Source: Bdellovibrionota bacterium (lineage in GTDB: Bacteria > Bdellovibrionota_C > UBA2361 > OMII01). From it: a DNA stretch of 11,684 nucleotides. A model generated the notes under the pieces. That model was not told the origin of the DNA, ran no database searches, and saw nothing but the letters and a program-made list of their open reading frames with translations. Positions 1 through 6,969 of this stretch are shown piece after piece. Position 1 is the stretch's first letter. Every line of letters begins with the position of its first letter. The stretch spans positions 1 to 11,684 of the forward strand of contig JBIKWQ010000088.1 in the NCBI GenBank assembly GCA_044356215.1, written 5' to 3'. Both the position numbers and the translations under genes were made by a program.

Positions 1-111
1 TTTACCACAGAGGACGCAGAGGACACAGAGAAAACCCCATAATTGCCCATAAAATGGCCGTTCTCTGTGTCCTCTGCGTCCTCTGTGGTGATAAAGAACT
101 GCGACGCCCTA
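1..111. repeat. Palindromic MITE/REPIN-like element, copy 1 (left part cut off by the window edge)
   Basis: Perfect 29-bp inverted repeat: 4-32 ACCACAGAGGACGCAGAGGACACAGAGAA and 61-89 TTCTCTGTGTCCTCTGCGTCCTCTGTGGT, around a 28-nt spacer. Arms, spacer and the 90-111 tail are all homologous to copy 2 at 5053-5164. Confidence 0.9.
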
Positions 112-119
112 CGGGGATA

Positions 120-298
120 GTGCAGCTTTCGGTAGGAGCCCGCCTGGGAGGGGGTACTTGACTGAATAAAGTGCAGGGCTAACCCTTGCTTAGCGAGTCT
201 GTAAAATGCCTTCGCGCTCTTGGAGAGAAAGCGGCCTGAACACTTGAAACTTGCACTTGTCTCAAGTACATAAAGCGGTCTACGAGGCACGGACGTCG
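120..298 (+). ncRNA. Long irregular hairpin RNA, probable 6S RNA (SsrS-like)
   Basis: Nested pairings seen directly: GTGC 120-123/GCAC 287-290, GTAGG 132-136/TCTAC 279-283, CCGC 140-143/GCGG 275-278, GTACTTGA 154-161/TCAAGTAC 262-269, AAGTGCAG 169-176/TTGCACTT 251-258. Also 6S-like motifs TTGACTGAATA, an alternative CTTGA..TCAAG hairpin (243-266) and a 3' GGCAC. Size fits 6S; ends are approximate. Confidence 0.55.
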
Positions 299-356
299 AT
301 CTTTAATTGTACAGGCCGCGTTGTCATTTTCTTGAATTGTCCCAGAGTTTTTGCTT

Positions 357-1724
357 ATGAAAACGATCGCCAACAAACTTACCTTGGGAATTGATATCGG
401 GACGACTAAGATAGCGGTGGCGTTGATAGACGCCGAGACCCGGGCGGCTGTCGTGACTGAATCCCTAGCGCACACCAGTGATGTTCAGGGATTGCCGAAT
501 GGACACAGTGAGCAGGCGGTTGCACGTATAATGGCGACTCTGGAGATTTGCATGGGGACGCTACCTGAGGACATGAGGAAACGTGTTGTCGCCATGGGCG
601 TTACTGGCCAGATGCATGGTATAGTGTTGTGGTCCACTCTTACGGGAGAGACGTCTAATCTGATCACATGGCAGGACCAGCGCTGTCTTGAGGGTCGCTT
701 TATTGATTACGTTCGTGACATAACAGGAGACGCCACGGCTCAAAGTGGTTATGGGTTATCCACTCTTGCTTGGATGTTGAAAAATACTCCCTCTTATGTG
801 GCCGGCTTTGATAAATGCGGAACAATCCATGATTACTTAGTTTACTTGCTAACAGGAGGTAAAGAGACTTTTACAGATCCGAGTGACGCAGCGAGTTGGG
901 GAATGTTCGATCTTCGCTCGCGAGACTGGGACCTCGACAAAGTCAGGAGAGCGGGGATTAACGCCGAACTGCTCCCGAAAGTTAGCCCGGCGGGATCTGT
1001 TGTAGGAGCTCTGACAACTGAAGTAGCGAACCGGTGGGGCTTGCCTTCCGGTGTCTATGTGGGGAACGCCATAGGTGATAATCAGGCATCATTGTACGGC
1101 TCCCTGACCGACCCAGAGCATCAAATGGCGATTACGGTGGGTACCGGCGCGCAGCTTTCAGTGGTTGTACCCAGTCTGCCGGCCGATCTGCCGGATAAAC
1201 GAGGTAAATACGAATTCCGCCCGTACGTCGGAGATTCATATTTGGCGGTCGCCGCGTCGCTCACGGGGGGCCGTACACTCGCCGCCCTCGCCAGGGCCAT
1301 CAAGGATTTTCTGACGCAAATGGGTATAGGAAACTCGCCTAGTCTTGAGGACATTCAGACCGCTATGCATGAGCAGGGTATGCGTGGAATCGCGACTCAA
1401 CTGAGAGCTAACCCCAGTTTTAGTGGAGAGCGCTACGATCCGAGTCTAAGGGGCTCATTCTCGAACTTATCTTTTGAAAATTTTACGATAGGCGATATGA
1501 CAGCGGCGCTCTGCAAGGGGCTTGTTGTCGGCCTGTTTAATTCGCTGCCGAAGGAATATCTTGCATCGAGACGTGAAATTGTCGGCAGTGGAAACGCGAT
1601 TAGGCGTTCAGCGTTGATGCAGCAAACGATTCGGGAGGTCTTCAATTGCACACTATCTTTAAAGGAAGGCTCAGAGACTACGGCTTGCGGGGCCGCACTT
1701 TTAGCCGCCGATCAGTTGAGGTAG
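357..1724 (+). CDS. FGGY-family carbohydrate kinase, sedoheptulokinase (SHPK-like)
   Basis: Motifs LGIDIGTT, GVTGQMHG, LITWQDQRC, GTIHDY, DAASWGMFD, GDNQAS, YLAVAASLTGG, GSGNA and A.GAAL. TIHDY, AASWG and YLxVAASLxGG match the sedoheptulokinase subfamily. ATG at 357 preferred over TTG at 351. Confidence 0.85.
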   Translation: MKTIANKLTLGIDIGTTKIAVALIDAETRAAVVTESLAHTSDVQGLPNGHSEQAVARIMATLEICMGTLPEDMRKRVVAMGVTGQMHGIVLWSTLTGETSNLITWQDQRCLEGRFIDYVRDITGDATAQSGYGLSTLAWMLKNTPSYVAGFDKCGTIHDYLVYLLTGGKETFTDPSDAASWGMFDLRSRDWDLDKVRRAGINAELLPKVSPAGSVVGALTTEVANRWGLPSGVYVGNAIGDNQASLYGSLTDPEHQMAITVGTGAQLSVVVPSLPADLPDKRGKYEFRPYVGDSYLAVAASLTGGRTLAALARAIKDFLTQMGIGNSPSLEDIQTAMHEQGMRGIATQLRANPSFSGERYDPSLRGSFSNLSFENFTIGDMTAALCKGLVVGLFNSLPKEYLASRREIVGSGNAIRRSALMQQTIREVFNCTLSLKEGSETTACGAALLAADQLR

Positions 1725-1866
1725 ATCTTATATCCTCATCGCATCTTCGATCGTTGCTATGTTTATACGATCCGAGTTGAGTCTAGGATTCAGATGCGGG
1801 GGGAGAGTCAGATCAGTGTCGGTTTTTAAGGTGCACTAGCTCTATCGGCGCGTCAACCAGCCCCTA

Positions 1867-2652
1867 CTACCGCCACAAACACTTAATAGCGACAAGAGCC
1901 ATAATACTTGCCAAGACTGGTCTTAGTATCCGCTCGGGGATCTTGGCGCTGATATGACTGCCAACCCAGATTCCAGGAACCGAACCGATAAGTAAGGTTA
2001 ATAAAAGCAGCCAGTCGATGTTTCCAATGTACCAGTGTCCAAGTCCAGCCACTGTCGCTAATGGAATAGCGTAGGCTAAATCGGTCCCGACTACTTTCAC
2101 CGCAGGAAGCGCGGGATAAAGAAGAAGCAGCGACACAGTTCCAAGCGCTCCCGCTCCTACAGACGAGAAAGTAACTAAGAATCCGAGAATAGAACCGACT
2201 ATAATAGTTGCTAAGCGACGCCACCTTCCTAAAAAGCGTGCGGTTGACCTAGGAAGCTTCAGCTCCACCTCTCTGGCGCGTGGTTTAATCAAAATGGCCC
2301 AAGCGGTCAAGATTAAAGCGACTCCTAAAACTAGAGTAATAGTTCTATTAAGATCAGCTCCCATTGTTTCGTAACGCTTTAAAATGACGATTGAGATGAT
2401 GGCCGCTGGGAGACTTCCGAATGACAATCTAGAAGCGACCTTCCAGTTGACTGATCTGTGAGAGTTGTGGTGCACGATTACACCGACCGATTTTGTCAGA
2501 GCGGCAAATAGGAGATCTGTACCAACAGCCACAGATGGACTGAAACCGAATAAAAAGACCAGAAGCGGGGTCATCAGTGAACCCCCTCCCACTCCGGTTA
2601 ATCCCACCAAAGCGCCAACGAGGGCTCCGGCAACAATGTAATTAAGATTCAT
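1867..2652 (-). CDS. Sulfite exporter TauE/SafE (TSUP) family membrane protein
   Basis: GLTGVGGGSLMTP, AVGTDL, SSVGAGALG, VVGTDL and GSVPGIWVG motifs with multiple TM helices. Likely start MNLNY at 2652, since the longer ORF overlaps the upstream gene. Tandem TAG TAG stops. Confidence 0.92.
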   Translation of the reverse strand: MNLNYIVAGALVGALVGLTGVGGGSLMTPLLVFLFGFSPSVAVGTDLLFAALTKSVGVIVHHNSHRSVNWKVASRLSFGSLPAAIISIVILKRYETMGADLNRTITLVLGVALILTAWAILIKPRAREVELKLPRSTARFLGRWRRLATIIVGSILGFLVTFSSVGAGALGTVSLLLLYPALPAVKVVGTDLAYAIPLATVAGLGHWYIGNIDWLLLLTLLIGSVPGIWVGSHISAKIPERILRPVLASIMALVAIKCLWR

Positions 2653-2674
2653 CGATACGGTGTCTCTGTTTCTC

Positions 2675-3592
2675 CTAGCGCATCTGAGCACGCATGTCGT
2701 CGTTACTCGCCCCGCGGACCATTTGTATAGGTGGCCGCGGCGAATCATCAGCCGGAGTAAATGAGTCTAGTTCGGTGATCACTCGTCCGATAAAAACTGA
2801 GCTCTCAATTCGTAGTACCTCACGGAATTGGTCATCAGATACATAGATATAAGCCTGACGGAGTTTAGACCGCGGCTTTGTGGTTGTTAGATTGCGTACC
2901 TGCGGCGTAATTACGATCACCGGGCGCTCTTCGCCCTGATAGCGGATGCTCTTCCGCTCTACAGCCGTAAGCGAGATAATATAACGGCTCTTTCCATTGA
3001 AAACGTCAAAGTGCTTTGTGTCACCGACCTTCCAATTAAGGCTCCTAGCAAGGAAAACCGCCGCGATAGGATCTAAGGTAAAATTGTCTGTTGTGAATGA
3101 GAGCTCTTTTTTATCAGGATCATTAGCGCCCTTACTCCTCACAGCGTGGATACCCTTTAAATGCGGGGTAAAATCAATCGAGATGTTTTTCTGACGTGAG
3201 TTCTCGCGGTGATCAATCTCTAAGTTAATCGAGGTTAGATCTTTAGCGGATATGATCCCCACCGCTCCGTAACGTAGCTTGTAAAGTAGATCGACCCCTG
3301 AGTAGGTGCGCGCCGAGGCATTAACTATGTATGTATCACCCTGCCGCGCCACTTTAAGTGTGCATGACGCGGCGTTGATCCCTTCCCAGCCCACGGAATA
3401 CTCGTACGAGCCGAGTCTAGGATGAAAACGAGAGTCCTCCGGTTGATACTTAGGGGTTGTAATCTTAACGAGTTCAGGTGAGATGTAATCGTCGGCTAGC
3501 ACGATATCGATTCTACAAAGAAGGTGGCAAAATAAAAACAGGGAGAATGCTCTGAGAGATTGGGTCAAAGTCTTAGCGATCATTGTGGCCAT
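2675..3592 (-). CDS. DUF3108-like exported/outer-envelope beta-rich protein
   Basis: 305-aa ORF with a hydrophobic N-terminal signal-like segment and the YEYSVGWEGI..A, LDPIAAVFLAR and VFNGKSRY motifs typical of DUF3108. Alternative start at 3583. Confidence 0.7.
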   Translation of the reverse strand: MATMIAKTLTQSLRAFSLFLFCHLLCRIDIVLADDYISPELVKITTPKYQPEDSRFHPRLGSYEYSVGWEGINAASCTLKVARQGDTYIVNASARTYSGVDLLYKLRYGAVGIISAKDLTSINLEIDHRENSRQKNISIDFTPHLKGIHAVRSKGANDPDKKELSFTTDNFTLDPIAAVFLARSLNWKVGDTKHFDVFNGKSRYIISLTAVERKSIRYQGEERPVIVITPQVRNLTTTKPRSKLRQAYIYVSDDQFREVLRIESSVFIGRVITELDSFTPADDSPRPPIQMVRGASNDDMRAQMR

Positions 3593-3720
3593 TTTAGTCG
3601 ATCCATCGCTCAGTCATCAATTGGGTAGCTCGCGACCCGCGGTGAGTAGCGACAATCTCCTCGTTGCGGTAAAACTTGGCGTTCGGGGGACGTTCCTTCG
3701 TGCTAATCACATATATTTTT

Positions 3721-4212
3721 ATGACACCAGACAATAAAGCGCCAGACACACCGTCCCTCCCCAGCGACTCCCCCAAGGTATTCACGGCCTTAAAGCGTGT
3801 TCTTGGGCCTAACCAGCTAGCCTCCTTGGCTGCTGATTATCAACGGTGCGTTTCTTTAGGGGGCAACGTAGAGGCTGGCATGACGCGCGAAGATGGAGTG
3901 TCGTTTAATCCGCGATTAGCGCGGATACTCTCAATAATGATTCACGATGGGGGAGTTAGGGAGTTTGATCAGCTCCGTTCGGCGCTTTATGCCGCTTGCG
4001 CTGGGTCTCTGGCGGATAGTTCTGTTGTAGTTAAAGGTGTAATCGCGCTGGATTCAATTAGACACCTGCACCAAACTGATTTCGCGGAGTCTAAGCGGCT
4101 AGAGATCCTGGATACGGCTCAGAGCGAGCTTCTTAGTCAGCCCGGGAATGATTTACCTGAGTGGCTTCGAAAAAAATTGGAACACGCGATAGCGTTGCAG
4201 CGGCGAGTGTAA
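3721..4212 (+). CDS. Hypothetical helical protein, possible degenerate HD-domain (RelA/SpoT hydrolase/Mesh1-like)
   Basis: ATG at 3721 (MTPDNK); fills the gap and ends 5 nt before the next gene. Spacing of REDGVSF..LARILSI...GG...LRSALY...VIALDSIRHL echoes the hydrolase fold, but no HD dyad is present. Confidence 0.6.
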   Translation: MTPDNKAPDTPSLPSDSPKVFTALKRVLGPNQLASLAADYQRCVSLGGNVEAGMTREDGVSFNPRLARILSIMIHDGGVREFDQLRSALYAACAGSLADSSVVVKGVIALDSIRHLHQTDFAESKRLEILDTAQSELLSQPGNDLPEWLRKKLEHAIALQRRV

Positions 4213-4217
4213 TCTGT

Positions 4218-4979
4218 ATGACGAGAGACTTTGATAAAGATTCAAAAGACCACACTTTACTCGATTGGATCATTACCCCGATCTACATCGTTCTTTTCGT
4301 GTCGATTCTGGTGATATTTGATCCACCTCAACGGATCGCCACCTGCTTTAGCAGGAAGCTGCACAAGTGGCTCCTCGATCTGATGAATATCTGCATAGTT
4401 CTGAATATCCGTTTTGTAACTGGAGCCCGCTATCGGGTTATAGGCAACCCTCATCTGCCGCAAGATAGATCGGTCATTATCGTGTCGAACCACCAGAGTA
4501 TGTACGATATCCCGATGATTATGTGGGAGTGTCGGAACCGCGAGGTCGGCTTTATCGCCAAGCGTGAGTTGGGGCGCTGGATTCCAAGTATATCTCTGTC
4601 CTTAAGAAGGCTCGGCTCAGTGCTGATAGATCGTAAAGATGCCGCCAAGGCAGTTAGACAGATTGAGGGGTTCGGTCGAGTGAAGGACTCGGCGCGTCAG
4701 GTTGCGGCTGTTTTTCCGGAAGGAACTAGAGCGCGTGATGGAGTGATGAAGAGATTTAAGCCAACAGGCTTAAAAGCCCTGATAAACGCCATGCCATCCG
4801 CTGTCATTCAACCGGTAGCGATTCGCGGAAACTGGAGGTTATTAAGATATAGCTTCTGGCCAGTTCCTTACGGAACATCGATAGAATTGGAGTTCTTAGA
4901 GCCGATAGATCCGGCTGGTCGTCAGGTAACCGAGGTTATGACCGAGGTAGAGACTGTAATTACTTCGCGAGTAGGGTAG
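4218..4979 (+). CDS. Lysophospholipid / 1-acyl-sn-glycerol-3-phosphate acyltransferase (PlsC family)
   Basis: Catalytic NHQSMYD (HX4D), FIAKREL, IDRKD and FPEGTR motifs plus an N-terminal TM helix. ATG at 4218. Confidence 0.93.
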   Translation: MTRDFDKDSKDHTLLDWIITPIYIVLFVSILVIFDPPQRIATCFSRKLHKWLLDLMNICIVLNIRFVTGARYRVIGNPHLPQDRSVIIVSNHQSMYDIPMIMWECRNREVGFIAKRELGRWIPSISLSLRRLGSVLIDRKDAAKAVRQIEGFGRVKDSARQVAAVFPEGTRARDGVMKRFKPTGLKALINAMPSAVIQPVAIRGNWRLLRYSFWPVPYGTSIELEFLEPIDPAGRQVTEVMTEVETVITSRVG

Positions 4980-5001
4980 TAGGGTCTTCTTCGCAGACGG
5001 A

Positions 5002-5164
5002 TAGGGCGTTGCGGTGTTTTTGGTAAGCTGCTTGGATAATGAGTGAAATATTTTTACCACAGAGGACGCAGAGGACACAGAGAAACATCCATAATTGCCA
5101 ATAAAATGGCCTATTCTCTGTGTCCTCTGCGTCCTCTGTGTTGAAAAATAACTCCGGCGCCCTA
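5002..5164. mobile_element. Palindromic MITE/REPIN-like element, copy 2 (apparently complete, about 163 bp)
   Basis: Inner arms 5056-5084/5114-5142 (28/29 complementary), extended by TATTTTT 5049-5055/AAAAATA 5144-5150. Outer imperfect terminal repeats TAGGGCG 5002-5008/CGCCCTA 5158-5164. Direct repeat of copy 1. Mobility is inferred. Confidence 0.75.
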
Positions 5165-5175
5165 GCGGATGGACC

Positions 5176-5204
5176 TTGAAATTGACGCGGTTTACCAGTA
5201 GAGT
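5176..5204 (+). promoter_or_regulatory. Putative sigma70 promoter for tRNA-Leu/ribH
   Basis: TTGAAA (5176-5181), 17-nt spacer, TAGAGT (5199-5204), 20 nt upstream of the tRNA. Confidence 0.5.
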
Positions 5205-5224
5205 CTACGGCTATTCTCTCATAG

Positions 5225-5307
5225 GCCGGAGTGGCGGAATGGTAGACGCGGCGGATTCAAAATCCGCTACCTGCGAGGGTGTGGGGGTTCAAGTCCCTTC
5301 TCCGGTA
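5225..5307 (+). tRNA. tRNA-Leu (anticodon CAA)
   Basis: Acceptor stem GCCGGAG/CTCCGGT with discriminator A, D-arm GGCGGAATGGTAGACGC, anticodon arm GCGGA-TTCAAAA-TCCGC, long variable arm and GGTTCAAGTCC T-loop. CCA is not encoded. Confidence 0.97.
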
Positions 5308-5321
5308 TTTCTCTTATTACA

Positions 5322-5795
5322 ATGGCCCAAACGACCTACTCATACGAAAAACTAAGGGCGCTCGTTCCAGGTGCAAAGGTCGCGATACTTCAATCCAAGT
5401 GGCACGGCGATATCTCACAGGCGATGACAGCGCGTTGTCTTGAAGTGCTTAGATTCGCGGGCTGCGAGGAGCCGCAGGTGCACGTTTTGCCAGGTTGCCT
5501 CGAGATCCCTTTAGCGGCGCGCAGACTCGCCAAAAGGGATCCAAAGCTAGAGGCGATTATAGTTTTTGGTGTGATCTTAAAGGGTGATACTTACCACTTT
5601 GATATCGTCAAAGATCTCTGTATGAGTGGCCTGCAGCACGTTCAATTTGAGTGCGATATCCCGATCATTAATGAGGTTCTTCCGGTTAATAATATCGAGG
5701 ATGCTTACAAGCGAGCTGCTGACAACGACTCTAACAAGGGCTTGGAGGCGGGGATAGCGGCGGCTGAGATCATTGAGTGGAGGAGAAGAACGTAG
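5322..5795 (+). CDS. ribH: 6,7-dimethyl-8-ribityllumazine synthase
   Basis: 157 aa with KVAILQSKWH, LPGCLEIPL, GVILKGDTYHFDIV, PIINEVL and NKGLEAGIAA, matching lumazine synthase motifs. Confidence 0.93.
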   Translation: MAQTTYSYEKLRALVPGAKVAILQSKWHGDISQAMTARCLEVLRFAGCEEPQVHVLPGCLEIPLAARRLAKRDPKLEAIIVFGVILKGDTYHFDIVKDLCMSGLQHVQFECDIPIINEVLPVNNIEDAYKRAADNDSNKGLEAGIAAAEIIEWRRRT

Positions 5796-5979
5796 AGAGG
5801 TGGGTGATGGCATAACCTACTGATTTCTCAGTGTTATTAATCAGCTCCCAGGCCCGCTGTGTTTAGAATTCTGACTGTGGTATTCTCTGAAAAGCTCTAT
5901 TTCGAGGGGGCAGACAAACCCTCTTGTAATCGTGAATAGAATCGCCGAAATATTGTAGTTTATAGGTTGAGGACACCCC

Positions 5980-6969
5980 ATGCAGGGAATCTCTGTAGTC
6001 ATTCCAGTTTATAACGAAGAGGATAATGTAGCCGAGGGTTTTCGTGAGGTAACCGGCGTCTTGGCGAGTACAGGCCGGCCTTACGAGATCATCTATGTCG
6101 ATGACGGCTCGCGTGATGCGACAGTCTCTCGGTTGCTTGAGTGCGCCGGAAGTGATTCGCACCTTCAGCTTATTCAATTACGCAGAAATTTCGGCCAAAC
6201 AGCAGCGATGGCCGCGGGTTTCGATCACGCACGTTATGAGATCGTGATCGCTTTAGATGGCGATCTGCAAAACGATCCAGCGGAGATCCCCGCGATGGTC
6301 GCGAAGCTTGAGGAGGGCTACGATCTAGTCGCTGGGTGGCGCAAAGAGCGTCGCGATAAGTTTATAAGTCGTAAGTTGCCAAGCATGCTCGCAAATAGGC
6401 TTATCTCTTGGGCTACGGGTGTGAGGCTGCATGACTACGGATGCACTCTTAAGGTGATGACCTCTGAAATAGCCAAGAGTCTGAGGCTTTATGGAGAGAT
6501 GCACCGCTTTATTCCAGCTTTAGCCAATGAAGTCGGCGCCCGGATCGTTGAGGTTCCAGTGAATCACCGCGAGCGCAAGTTCGGAAAATCCAAGTACGGT
6601 ATCTCTCGCACTATTAGGGTTATCCTCGATCTGCTCACTGTGAAGTTTCTCTTGGGATACTCAAAGCGTCCGATCCATCTTTTTGGTTTAGTCGGTGTCG
6701 GATCAGCCGGTATCGGTGCGCTTCTATTAACTAAGATCGCTTGGGATAGATTTGTAGGACATATACCAGCGGGTAACAGACCACTCCTATCGCTTGGAGT
6801 GATGATGGTTATCATCGGCTTGCAGTTCTTGGTATTCGGCCTCTTGGCTGAGGTTTTAGCTAGAACTTATTACGAGTCACAGAATAAGAAGATCTACGTG
6901 GTACGGCGGGTATTCACCGCCCGTGAGGGGGATGATACTGCTCCGTGGAAGCGCAAAGTAGCCAATTAA
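5980..6969 (+). CDS. GT2 glycosyltransferase, polyprenol-phosphate glycosyltransferase (DPM1/ArnC/GtrB-like)
   Basis: SVVIPVYNEE, VDDGSRD, RNFGQTAA, DGDLQNDP, LYGEMHRFIP and GKSKYG motifs, with two C-terminal TM helices. Confidence 0.93.
   Translation: MQGISVVIPVYNEEDNVAEGFREVTGVLASTGRPYEIIYVDDGSRDATVSRLLECAGSDSHLQLIQLRRNFGQTAAMAAGFDHARYEIVIALDGDLQNDPAEIPAMVAKLEEGYDLVAGWRKERRDKFISRKLPSMLANRLISWATGVRLHDYGCTLKVMTSEIAKSLRLYGEMHRFIPALANEVGARIVEVPVNHRERKFGKSKYGISRTIRVILDLLTVKFLLGYSKRPIHLFGLVGVGSAGIGALLLTKIAWDRFVGHIPAGNRPLLSLGVMMVIIGLQFLVFGLLAEVLARTYYESQNKKIYVVRRVFTAREGDDTAPWKRKVAN

Noticed and set aside
1..89. CRISPR array or simple terminator interpretation of the 9-mer repeats
   Set aside because: There are no unique spacers between direct repeats and no cas genes. 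The 28-nt loop and missing U-tract are unlike a standard intrinsic terminator.
243..266. HspR HAIR operator (CTTGAGT-N7-ACTCAAG)
   Set aside because: Spacing is 10 rather than 7, the half-sites are imperfect, and the RNA hairpin explains it better.
179..475. 98-aa minus-strand ORF and the other short antisense ORFs in the track (e.g. 1883-2224, 3594-3785, 4896-5078, 5863-6177, 7717-7989, 10151-10826)
   Set aside because: They are shadows of well-supported genes, RNA or repeat on the opposite strand or in intergenic DNA, with no recognisable motifs.
1434..1445. 12-mer TACGATCCGAGT repeated at 1766-1777
   Set aside because: Expected by chance at this length, and one copy is inside a CDS.
1729..1742. 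Exact 14-mer TATATCCTCATCGC also present at 10852-10865
   Set aside because: One 14-bp match within 11.7 kb is not far from chance expectation and the flanks do not align, although both copies are intergenic.
2653..2748. N-terminal extension of the TSUP ORF (also the extensions 3676-3720 and 4161-4217)
   Set aside because: They overlap neighbouring genes or rely on weak alternative starts. Downstream ATGs give better-fitting proteins.
5285..5307. tRNA-Leu 3' end as the att site of an integrated island
   Set aside because: I saw no duplicate of the tRNA 3' end and no integrase in the window, and the downstream gene is housekeeping ribH.
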